DNA from: Opitutia bacterium KCR 482
GTDB lineage: Bacteria; Verrucomicrobiota; Verrucomicrobiia; Opitutales; Intestinicryptomonadaceae
Length of the DNA stretch: 32,000 nt
Direction of reading: 5' to 3'
NCBI GenBank assembly: GCA_029269845.2
Contig: CP149973.1
Location: 1,410,001 to 1,442,000, forward strand
Below, piece after piece: positions 9,711 to 17,643 of the stretch. Within the stretch, counting starts at the first letter, position 1. Every line of letters starts with the position of its first letter. Made by a program: the position numbers and the translations under genes. The notes under the pieces are model-generated. The model was given only the letters and a program-made list of their open reading frames with translations, ran no database searches and was not told where the DNA came from.

Positions 9711-9750
9711 TAGTAGCGGCGGTTTGTGTTCGGACACTCCGACGCTACTA
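9711..9750 (+). repeat. Nested inverted repeat (predicted stem-loop) in the leader of the TPR operon
   Basis: Outer arms TAGTAGCG (9711-9718) and CGCTACTA (9743-9750) enclose an inner hairpin TCGGA-cac-TCCGA (9730-9742). The repeat lies 32 nt upstream of the ATG at 9782. Confidence 0.5.
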
Positions 9751-9781
9751 CAACGGTTTTCATACTTTAATTACACGGCAC

Positions 9782-12700
9782 ATGATATTTAACAGACAAA
9801 TACTTAAAGGCGCGGCAGTCGCGGTGCTCGCATTGCTTGCGTCGGTACGCGCGGCTTCGGCGCAACAGGTCGCCCAAATGGGTACGACCGACTTGAAAAA
9901 CGAGGCGAGCGCGCTCGTCGACGAAAAGAAATACATAGAGGCGCGCCCCTATATTCTCGAACTCGTCAAGCGCATCAAGGATTCCGACGACCAGAATCTG
10001 AAAAAAGAGCTTGAGCAGATGTATTACTTCGAGGCGTTCGGCTATTTGCAGGAATACAACGGCACGCCCTCGAAAAACCTCATGAACAAGGCAATCGCGG
10101 GCTTCGACAAGGTCATAAAGGAATTCCCCACGGGGCAGTATGCCGATTCGGCAATCAAAACAAAGGCGTCTTGCTACGAAATGCTCGGTCAGTTCGACAA
10201 GGCGGTCTCCACGCGCGAAATTCTGCTCTCCAAGCCCTATGTCGATAAACTCAACCGCAACGAGCAGTTTGCAATCGTAAAGAAAATCGCCACAAGCCTC
10301 TATAACCAACGCCAGTGGAAAGCCGGCAAAAAATGGTTCGAGAGAATGCTCAACACGGCGGTTCTGCCAGAAGACAAGGTTTTCGCCGCGTCGGGTCTGA
10401 TTCAGGCGGCGTGCGCCCAAAAAGACTACGAAACCGTTAAAAAATACTTCCCGTATCTTGTTATAGACGCTCCCGCGCGAAGCGACATCGCCCTCAACTA
10501 CGCGCTACTGCTCGCGGGCGACGACCTCGTGAAAAAGGAGAAATTCAGCGAAGCCTCCGTATTCTACAATATGGTGCTTAGCCGCGATACCATTGTAAAC
10601 AACCTCAAACGCTTCCTCGAAAAGGCGCAGAAACGGCTCGAACGCGCCCAGCGCGTGTCGGCGGACAGCCCCGCCGTTCAGGAACTTACCGCTCAGGTTG
10701 CGACCCTCGAAGCGTACATCGCGGCAATGGCGCCCGTCGAAGACTATACTGCCGACCTCATGGCGCGCAACGCCCGCAACTATATGCTTACCGAGCGCGA
10801 CTTCGAAAGCTTCTGGTCGTACTGGCAGATGCTCAAAACATACCCCAACCACCAGAGCATTGAAGACTTCTACATGGCGGCGATTGTCGGCGCGTTCAAA
10901 ATCGGCAAGAGCGACGTTATGTTCAAACTGTGCGAGGAATATGTAAAGAATTATCCCGACGGCACATACGTCAAGGCGGTCGAACTGCAAATCGCCCAGT
11001 ACTATTTGAAGAAGAAGGATTACCCCGCATTCTTCCAGCTCGCAAAGAAATTCATCGCCGAAAATCCCGACGAACCGCCGTACTCGCAAGACTTCATCTT
11101 CCTCATGGGCAAGACTTGGCTCGACATGCAGAAGTACGACGAACTCACAAAGACTTTCGAAAAATACGCAAAAGACAACCCCGACACCGCGATTTCAGAG
11201 GGCTGCCTCTACTGGTCGGGTATAGCGTACCTCGCAAAGGGCGACTTCAAGAACGCCATGCGCGTGCTCGTGAGAATGATTGACGACTTCCCGAACGGCA
11301 TGTACGCCGAAGACGGCATGTACCGCCGCGGCGTTGCGGCTTTCGGCGCGGGAGACTTCAACATTGCCCGCGACACCCTCGAAGACTTCACCGCCCGCTA
11401 CGCAAATAGCCAGCTTCGCGGCGAAGTAGAGTTCTTCCTCGGCGACATTTACGCAAACAACGCCGAAGCGGAGCTTGCGATGAAGCACTACATGAATGTG
11501 GAAAAATACACCAAGAACCAAAGCTTTATCGACAACGCCTACACGCAGGCGGCAAAACTGCTCCACAACCTCGAAAAATACGACGAGGAAATCGCGCTGA
11601 TGGACTCCTATCTTGCGAAATTCCCCAAGGGAATCTGCTCGGAGGCGTCGTTCAATAAGGCGAAGGCACTGGAAATCAACGGCCTTGCGTCCGACGCGCT
11701 CGCGCTCTACGGCTCGGCAATCGAAAAGTACGGCGCGGTTAAGACAGACGACGGCGTCGACAAAATGATTCTCGACTACGACAGAATGTACAAGGAGAAC
11801 GAGGCAAAGCTCGCCGCAACCGTCGAGTTCCTCAAAAAACTCATGGCCGACAAGGCTCTCCTCCAAGACATGGTCGCCGTTCCCGCAAAACGCTACCGCT
11901 ATTTTCAGGACAACCCGAAAATCGACAAACGCCTCTACGAAAAATTCAAGCGCGACAAGGCTTTCGATGAAAAACTCTACACCGACAAAACCGTCCTCCA
12001 AAAACTTCTCGACCGCTACACCGCGCAAATCGCGAAGTACCCCAAGGGCGGCACGGAAAAAGTGTTCGGCGAAATGCTCAAACGCGCAAAGGCGGCCAAG
12101 AACGACACTCTTGTATACCGCCTCATGATGGGCTTGGATTCAATCGGCAAGCCCGTCAAGGACGACAAAATGTTCAACGCCGACGACATCAAGAAAGCTT
12201 CGGTGCGCACTCTCGTCTGGATTTCCAACGTAAACGAAAAATACGGCGCCGAACCCGCCCGCAAGGCTCTGAAAGAGGCGATAGACCGCGACGAGTTCGA
12301 ATACCTCATCGACGCGCTCTTCGCCTCCGCCCAGCTCGAACAACGCTTCGCGGCAAAGGGGCAGGGCAAATGGGAGGACGCCGTCAAATTCTACGAGGAA
12401 GTGGAAGACCAGTTCCCGTCGGACCCGCGCGCGGCGGAGGCCGTTCTGCGCAAGGCGGAAGTTCTCACAAAGCTCGGCAAACGCGCCGCGGCTATAAAGT
12501 GCTACGAGCAGATTCTCAAATCTCCGTCGTGGCGCGGCGAAGCCTACGCCGAAGCTCTTTACAGGCTCGGAACAATCGCCAAGCACGACAAGAAGCCCGA
12601 CACCGCGCTGATGTACTTCGACCGCTGCTATCTGGGCTACGCAAACTGCTACAAATGGACGGGCAAGGCTCTCCTTTCCGCCGCGCAGCTGCTCGCCAAC

Positions 12701-12811
12701 CGCAACGAAATTGCAAAGGCGAAAGAGCTGTGCGACGAATTCCTCGACAACAAGCTCAACGAGCAGTCGCCCGACTACGCCGAAATTAAACAATTCCGCA
12801 AAACATTATAG
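9782..12811 (+). CDS. Large exported TPR protein built of YbgF/BamD-type repeats (gene A of a 3-gene operon)
   Basis: ATG at 9782 gives the Sec signal MIFNRQILKGAAVAVLALLASVRAASAQQ; the track's upstream TTG extension has no signal-like features. At least 8 recurring helix-start motifs are present: FPTGQYADSA, YPNHQSIEDF, YPDGTYVKAV, NPDTAISEGC, FPNGMYAEDG, YANSQLRGEV, FPKGICSEAS, FPSDPRAAEA. 1009 aa. Confidence 0.85.
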   Translation: MIFNRQILKGAAVAVLALLASVRAASAQQVAQMGTTDLKNEASALVDEKKYIEARPYILELVKRIKDSDDQNLKKELEQMYYFEAFGYLQEYNGTPSKNLMNKAIAGFDKVIKEFPTGQYADSAIKTKASCYEMLGQFDKAVSTREILLSKPYVDKLNRNEQFAIVKKIATSLYNQRQWKAGKKWFERMLNTAVLPEDKVFAASGLIQAACAQKDYETVKKYFPYLVIDAPARSDIALNYALLLAGDDLVKKEKFSEASVFYNMVLSRDTIVNNLKRFLEKAQKRLERAQRVSADSPAVQELTAQVATLEAYIAAMAPVEDYTADLMARNARNYMLTERDFESFWSYWQMLKTYPNHQSIEDFYMAAIVGAFKIGKSDVMFKLCEEYVKNYPDGTYVKAVELQIAQYYLKKKDYPAFFQLAKKFIAENPDEPPYSQDFIFLMGKTWLDMQKYDELTKTFEKYAKDNPDTAISEGCLYWSGIAYLAKGDFKNAMRVLVRMIDDFPNGMYAEDGMYRRGVAAFGAGDFNIARDTLEDFTARYANSQLRGEVEFFLGDIYANNAEAELAMKHYMNVEKYTKNQSFIDNAYTQAAKLLHNLEKYDEEIALMDSYLAKFPKGICSEASFNKAKALEINGLASDALALYGSAIEKYGAVKTDDGVDKMILDYDRMYKENEAKLAATVEFLKKLMADKALLQDMVAVPAKRYRYFQDNPKIDKRLYEKFKRDKAFDEKLYTDKTVLQKLLDRYTAQIAKYPKGGTEKVFGEMLKRAKAAKNDTLVYRLMMGLDSIGKPVKDDKMFNADDIKKASVRTLVWISNVNEKYGAEPARKALKEAIDRDEFEYLIDALFASAQLEQRFAAKGQGKWEDAVKFYEEVEDQFPSDPRAAEAVLRKAEVLTKLGKRAAAIKCYEQILKSPSWRGEAYAEALYRLGTIAKHDKKPDTALMYFDRCYLGYANCYKWTGKALLSAAQLLANRNEIAKAKELCDEFLDNKLNEQSPDYAEIKQFRKTL

Positions 12812-12822
12812 AATTGACGAAA

Positions 12823-14019
12823 ATGAAGATTTCCAAAACAACGGTATTTTCCGCGGCACTTGCAATCTTAGCGTGCGCCGCGACGGCACAGCAAGCCGCA
12901 ACGCCCGCCGCGCAGAAAACAGAGGCAGCCGAAGCCGCAACCCAAAACGAGGACCGCTCCTACCTTGCCGACTACGAGGGCAAGGCGGCGTCTGTCACGC
13001 TCTTCGACGAAAAGACAAAAAGCGAAAGCGTGGCGGCGTTCAAGAGCGCGACCGATTCCGACATCGTGTTTGTCGGAGGCGGCGGCGACATCGCGGTTTC
13101 CAAAAAGAAGCCGTCGTCGCTGAAAGTTGTGGTAAAGCCCGACAACAACTGGCTGAGAATCCGCTCCGCAATCGGGCGCGAAAATTGGGACGAAGCAATC
13201 GTCTACATGCGCCCCTTCGTCTACCCCCTCATTCCCCTGATGTCCATAAACCACGAAACGTTCAAGGGCAATTCATACCTCGAAATGTACCTGAACGCGC
13301 TCGTGAACGCAAACCGCATGAAAGAGGCGGTCTCGATTGTGGACGCGCTGAAACTCGGCGAAGTCGCGCCGTCGCTTGTGTCGTCGGCATTGAACGTCGC
13401 GGAGGCGCTGGCGAAATCGGGCGACAAAAAGGGCGCGCTTGCAATCCTCGAACACATTCCGTTTTCGGGAGACTACACCGCGGTGATTCCCGACATGCTC
13501 TCCGTACTTTCCGAGCTTCGCAACCGCGGGGCGGTTCAGGAATGCGGCGTGCTTTACACAAAACTCACCGGCGTTGACAGCCCCCAGAAAAACGAGGCAA
13601 CCCTCTGGATGGTCTATTGCGATTTGAGTATGGGCAAAAAAATGTCGGCGGAAATCTACCTCAACCAGATTTCGATTGACGCAAAATCGCCCGAATTCTC
13701 GCTTCTTAAAATGGCGCAGGGCATGCTCGCCGCCAAGGCGGACAAGCCCGACTACAACGCGGTTCTCGACGCATACGCCGAGGGCATCGTGTTCGGCTCT
13801 CTCACAAGCTCCTGGATGCCCGAACTGCTCTACAACACGGGCATGGCGTACAAGAAAATCGGCAAACAGTTCGCCGCAAACGAAATTTTCGCCCAAATGA
13901 AGGCGTTGTTCCCCGACAACGCGTTGACGGCAAAAGGCCAAAAGGAAATCGTAAAAATCGAGCGCAAGCCCAAGAAGGCTGCGGCTTCAGAAGACGACGA
14001 GGACGAAGACGACGAATAA
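12823..14019 (+). CDS. Exported helical-repeat (TPR-like) protein with a polyacidic C-terminal tail (gene B)
   Basis: ATG 11 nt after the gene A stop. Signal peptide MKISKTTVFSAALAILACAATAQQ. The C-terminal half is helical-repeat-like (LLYNTGMAYKKIGKQFAANEIFAQMKALFPDNALTAKG). The protein ends SEDDEDEDDE. 398 aa. Confidence 0.75.
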   Translation: MKISKTTVFSAALAILACAATAQQAATPAAQKTEAAEAATQNEDRSYLADYEGKAASVTLFDEKTKSESVAAFKSATDSDIVFVGGGGDIAVSKKKPSSLKVVVKPDNNWLRIRSAIGRENWDEAIVYMRPFVYPLIPLMSINHETFKGNSYLEMYLNALVNANRMKEAVSIVDALKLGEVAPSLVSSALNVAEALAKSGDKKGALAILEHIPFSGDYTAVIPDMLSVLSELRNRGAVQECGVLYTKLTGVDSPQKNEATLWMVYCDLSMGKKMSAEIYLNQISIDAKSPEFSLLKMAQGMLAAKADKPDYNAVLDAYAEGIVFGSLTSSWMPELLYNTGMAYKKIGKQFAANEIFAQMKALFPDNALTAKGQKEIVKIERKPKKAAASEDDEDEDDE

Positions 14020-14040
14020 TTTACAACAAACACCCTCCAT

Positions 14041-15456
14041 ATGAAACTCCATCATTTTAGACCCAAAAAGGAAAAACGCGGGCTTTTGTACCAAGTTTTC
14101 ATTCTGGTCGCGGTATTGCAAATATCGCTGCTTATCGGATTGAGCGGCTACATCGTTTCGCAGTCGATTATCGAGGACGAGCAGCGTCTCGACGCTCCGC
14201 CGCCCGTCGAAAAAGTCCAAGTTGCGCAGAAAGAGCACAGGGTGCGCGTCGAAAGACAGCAGAAAAAGTCGCGCAAAATGAACAAGCGCATTCAGGTTGC
14301 CAACCCGCAGAACGTCAATGCGCCGGAAGTAAAGGTGACAATCCCAGCGTCGATTTCCACGGGTGCGGGTATCTCGACAATTTCCGACAAGGCAATGACC
14401 GGCGGCTTGAAGCTCGCAGTCCCGACCGTCGAAATCGGCGGCATCAAGAGCAAGACGGAAAAAGTCCTCATCTGCGTCGACGCTGGCCCCTACCTCATGA
14501 CCGACGAACGCGGTGGTTTGGACACATACAAAGTCATTCGCGAAGACATTAAGAGGCTCGTCAACACACTGCCGTCCACAATGCTCTTCAACCTCATGGC
14601 GTTCGACATCAGCAACGGCGCGCAAATCAAGTTCTTCCAGGGAAACCTCGTTGCGGCAACCGCGTTCAACAAACGCATCGCGTGCGACTGGGTTGACCCG
14701 ATTAACGTCGCCCTCAACAAAACGGGCGTGAGTGCGGTTCGCGGGCCTTACTACAAACTCAAATACGAGTTCCTCAAACAGCCGCCCGCGTCGCAGTACT
14801 ACAACCCCTACGTTTCCAACGTCTACCGCGTATATCAGGCGGCGTTGGAGCAGGGCGCGGATACAATCTACATTCTGACCACGGGCTGGGTTGACCCCGA
14901 CAGAATCAAACTGCCGTGGACGGACGCCGAAACCGAACGTTTCCGCCGCGCAATGGAAAACTACGAAGACCAAGTTGCAAAGGCGCGCAAACAGCAGGGC
15001 TGGACGGACGAAAAACAGCAGGAGTTTGAAACCGCCGATGCTCTCGCGCATCAGAAGGGCATCAAAAAAGCCCGCGAATGGATTAAACAGGAAAACGCAA
15101 AGCGCGCCCAGAAAGGCGTTCCTCTCTACACGGGTACTCCGTCGAAGGCGATGTACGAAAACAAGTTCTACGTTCGCCCCCAGCCGTCGCCGCCCGCAGT
15201 TAAGGTGAAACGCCCCGAAGCAAAGTTCAAGCCCTACGGACGCGTCGGAATTATGAGATACTACAACAAGCTCTTCAAGGAAGTCTACTTCGACAAAAAG
15301 ATGAAGCCGCCGGTTGTGAACATGATTGTGTTCCGCGGCGCAAAGGAAGAATGGACTCCCGCCGAAAACAAAGTTGTGCGCCAGTTCACAAACGCCAATA
15401 ACGGCGGACGAAGCCGAATCCTGAAAGGCTTGAAGTCGGTCAAAGAATACGAATAA
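14041..15456 (+). CDS. Single-pass membrane protein with a vWA-like domain lacking the MIDAS serines (gene C)
   Basis: Basic N-terminus plus TM helix (KKEKRGLLYQVFILVAVLQISLLIGLSGYIV). The vWA-like strand order is KVLICVDAGPYLM, then MLFNLMAFDISNGAQIKFFQGNLVAATAFNKRIACDWV, then GADTIYILTTGW. A charged K/E/Q-rich segment spans about residues 300-400. 471 aa. Confidence 0.75.
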   Translation: MKLHHFRPKKEKRGLLYQVFILVAVLQISLLIGLSGYIVSQSIIEDEQRLDAPPPVEKVQVAQKEHRVRVERQQKKSRKMNKRIQVANPQNVNAPEVKVTIPASISTGAGISTISDKAMTGGLKLAVPTVEIGGIKSKTEKVLICVDAGPYLMTDERGGLDTYKVIREDIKRLVNTLPSTMLFNLMAFDISNGAQIKFFQGNLVAATAFNKRIACDWVDPINVALNKTGVSAVRGPYYKLKYEFLKQPPASQYYNPYVSNVYRVYQAALEQGADTIYILTTGWVDPDRIKLPWTDAETERFRRAMENYEDQVAKARKQQGWTDEKQQEFETADALAHQKGIKKAREWIKQENAKRAQKGVPLYTGTPSKAMYENKFYVRPQPSPPAVKVKRPEAKFKPYGRVGIMRYYNKLFKEVYFDKKMKPPVVNMIVFRGAKEEWTPAENKVVRQFTNANNGGRSRILKGLKSVKEYE

Positions 15457-15470
15457 AACATTTTACGCAA

Positions 15471-15502
15471 AGCCCGATACGTTCTCGTATCGGGCTTTTT
15501 TG
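15471..15502 (+). terminator. Rho-independent terminator after gene C
   Basis: 11-bp stem AGCCCGATACG-ttct-CGTATCGGGCT followed by a T-tract, then GCGCC. It starts 15 nt after the stop. Confidence 0.88.
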
Positions 15503-15738
15503 CGCCCGCGCGGGGCGAATGAAGAACTGGAAATTGAAATTTGCGCCGCGAAAGCGGGCAAACACGATAGTCTCACAGATGAAGCCGAAATTTTGTGATT
15601 TTACATAAAGCCTTTGAAAGCATCTGCGGAAGTGTCTTTTTATTTAATAGCTCCCATCGCAACGCAAAAATTAAATAATGTTGTTCTTTTTGCGCTTATG
15701 ATAAACGCAAAAATTCATTCTTAATTCCGCCGCGCATG

Positions 15739-15773
15739 CGCAAAAAGCGGCGGGTTTGTTCGACCCGCCGCTT
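15739..15773 (-). terminator. Rho-independent terminator after the thioredoxin-like gene
   Basis: On the - strand: AGCGGCGGG-tcgaacaaa-CCCGCCGCT followed by TTTTTGCGCA. It begins about 25 nt after the stop at 15798. Confidence 0.8.
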
Positions 15774-15797
15774 AGGTATGGAAATGTTTTTTTCGCG

Positions 15798-16328
15798 CTA
15801 CTTCTTCGCCTTTGCGACCTCTTCAGTCTTTGCAATCATCTCTTCGGGCGACTGTATTTGGAATCCCACGATTTTCTCGATATAGCCCGATTGCGGATTT
15901 ATCAAAATTATCGTCGGGAAGCCCGTAAGCTCATAGGTGTCGGCAAGTTTTGCGTATTGCGCGGCGTTGGCGGCGTCGCGCGGATTGCCGTTCCTTTCGA
16001 AGTCGGCAACGACAACTTTGAGCTTGTCCTTTGCGTGCTTCAAAAACTTGTCGGTGTTCAGCACGTATTTGTGGAGCATTTTGCAGGGCGGGCACCACTG
16101 CGACCCCGTAAATTCGAGCATGAGAACCTTGCCGTCTTTTTTCGCTTCGGCAAGAGCCTTTTCGAAGTCTTTTTCGGCGATGTCCTCCAATGTTTTTGCG
16201 TCCGATTTCGCCGTAGCCGCGGGCGTTGACGCCGCCGCGGGGTTTTCTGCCGCTGGGCACGCCGCCGCGCCCAGCAATGTGGAAATTGCCGCCAAAAGGA
16301 AATATGTTTTTTTAGATATTTTTTTCAT
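15798..16328 (-). CDS. Exported thioredoxin-fold protein (WCPPC active site)
   Basis: Signal or lipoprotein-like N-terminus MKKISKKTYFLLAAISTLLGAAAC. The motif LMLEFTGSQWCPPCKML contains CxxC, and a cis-Pro-type GFPTIILI follows. 176 aa. Confidence 0.85.
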   Translation of the reverse strand: MKKISKKTYFLLAAISTLLGAAACPAAENPAAASTPAATAKSDAKTLEDIAEKDFEKALAEAKKDGKVLMLEFTGSQWCPPCKMLHKYVLNTDKFLKHAKDKLKVVVADFERNGNPRDAANAAQYAKLADTYELTGFPTIILINPQSGYIEKIVGFQIQSPEEMIAKTEEVAKAKK

Positions 16329-16371
16329 GTTTTAACTTGTTCGCTTTTGAATCGGCAAAAATTGCGGACGC

Positions 16372-17643
16372 TTAACGCGCCTTGTCGAAGAAAGACAAAT
16401 TCCACGAGGCATGCCACCTTATGACGGGCAGTCCGTTTTCCCATTCGACGGGGAGGAAAATGTAGCGGCCGTCGATTGCGTCGTTCGGTAGCCACCTGTC
16501 GCCGACGTAGATGAACGCGTCCTTTTTGCCCTCCACGGGGATAACGTATGTGCTTTGCGAGCGGAAAGTTGTGTCCGCCTTTGCTTCGGGGTAGGTTCTG
16601 TCGGCGGGCTGGCCCGCGCCGCGGCAGGGATTGCCGACCTGCTTCCATTCGCCGAGCATGGAGTCCGCCACGCTGAGGCGTCCGGGGTTGGGCGCCCAGC
16701 CTGTGCAGTAAGAGGTGAACATGAAATACTTGCCGTCTTTCTTGAATACGGCGGGGGCTTCGTTAAGCCCGCCGACGAGCGCGCGCGTGAATTTGCCCGT
16801 GAAGTCGAGGTAGTCGTCGGTAAGCTCGTGGATATGGAGGGTTGCGTTTTCTTCGGACGCGGTGATGAGGTATGCCTTGGCGTCGTCGTCGACAAAAACC
16901 GTCATGTCGCGCGACATCTGCCCGTTGGGAAAGTCGCGCAGGAAAATATGCCCGTCCATGATTTGGCTTGAAAGCGAAAGGGCTTTGTCGGGGGCGTCCC
17001 AGTTCGGGTGCTTTGAATCGAGCAGCGTGCGGACGGCTTTGAGCTTGCCCTCCCAGCCGACGGGGTACTTTCCCGCATTCGGGCGCAACGCCCGCAGGAA
17101 TTTATAAGGGCCTTCGACTTTGTCGGAAACCGCGATTGCGATTTTCGCCGCGCGGTAGTTCGGTCTTTCCTTCAAGATGTCTTCAAGCTTCGGCGATTTC
17201 GCAGTCGCGCCCTTGCGCTCTTCGAGGTGCGCGAACATGACGTACTTGCCCGTCTTTTTGTTGAACACAACTTTCGGGCGTTCAAGCACAGTCCCCACGA
17301 TAATCGGCGATTCGGGGTCTTTCGACATTTCCAGCGCAAGGCCTTCGTCGCGCCAGTTGTAGAGGTCGGCGGACGAGTAGCAGTGGACTCCCGCCAGAGC
17401 CTTGTTGCCGAGCGTGCCGCCGAGCTTGTGCTCGCCGAACATGTAGTATCTGCCGCCGTCGAAAATGAAGCCCGCGCCGTGCGCGTTTACCGCCCTGCCG
17501 TTTTCGTCGAGCAGAACTTTCCCCGATTCGAAGCCCGAATTTTTCACATAGTCGGCGGAGTTTACCCCGCCGAATTTTTCAGTCGCGCAGCCGCACAAAA
17601 AGAGCGCGGCCGCAATCCCCGCAGTCGATATATTTTTAAGCAT
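16372..17643 (-). CDS. Glycoside hydrolase family 43-like five-bladed propeller lipoprotein
   Basis: Lipobox-like AAALFLCGC. Motif order matches many annotated GH43 proteins as I recall them: HGAGFIFDGGRYYMFGE, CYSSADLYNWRDEG, ERPKVVFNKKTGKYVMF, SRDMTVFVDDDAKAYLI, LHIHELTDDYLDFTG, NEAPAVFKKDGKYFMFTSYCTGWAPN, YVGDRW. This assignment is by memory, not by search. Confidence 0.65.
   Translation of the reverse strand: MLKNISTAGIAAALFLCGCATEKFGGVNSADYVKNSGFESGKVLLDENGRAVNAHGAGFIFDGGRYYMFGEHKLGGTLGNKALAGVHCYSSADLYNWRDEGLALEMSKDPESPIIVGTVLERPKVVFNKKTGKYVMFAHLEERKGATAKSPKLEDILKERPNYRAAKIAIAVSDKVEGPYKFLRALRPNAGKYPVGWEGKLKAVRTLLDSKHPNWDAPDKALSLSSQIMDGHIFLRDFPNGQMSRDMTVFVDDDAKAYLITASEENATLHIHELTDDYLDFTGKFTRALVGGLNEAPAVFKKDGKYFMFTSYCTGWAPNPGRLSVADSMLGEWKQVGNPCRGAGQPADRTYPEAKADTTFRSQSTYVIPVEGKKDAFIYVGDRWLPNDAIDGRYIFLPVEWENGLPVIRWHASWNLSFFDKAR

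Noticed and set aside
9692-9781. Upstream TTG start for the TPR gene given in the ORF track (adds 30 aa, MNFHLQIVAAVCVRTLRRYYNG...)
   Set aside because: The extension is not signal-like and overlaps the leader stem-loop. The ATG at 9782 immediately yields a canonical Sec signal peptide.
9767-12793. Four long antisense ORFs (194-277 aa) tiled along the opposite strand of the TPR gene
   Set aside because: They mirror the K/E/L/F-rich codon usage of the sense gene and have no motifs or start context. The sense frame has a signal peptide and a coherent repeat architecture.
15519-15608. 29-codon ORF (MKNWKLKFAPRKRANTIVSQMKPKFCDFT) in the AT-rich spacer
   Set aside because: It has no ribosome-binding site and starts about 17 nt after a strong terminator. 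It is too short to evaluate, so it is mentioned only within the spacer finding.
15503-15738. AT-rich island considered as a remnant of an IS element, MITE or prophage end
   Set aside because: There are no terminal inverted repeats flanked by direct duplications, no transposase or integrase fragment in any frame, and no adjacent tRNA. This cannot be excluded without genome-wide copy counting.
15745-15773. GTTCGA-containing stem-loop reminiscent of a tRNA T-arm
   Set aside because: The stem is 8-9 bp with a 9-nt loop, not 5 bp with 7 nt. There are no acceptor, D or anticodon arms. It sits exactly where the terminator of the thioredoxin-like gene is expected and is followed by a T-tract.
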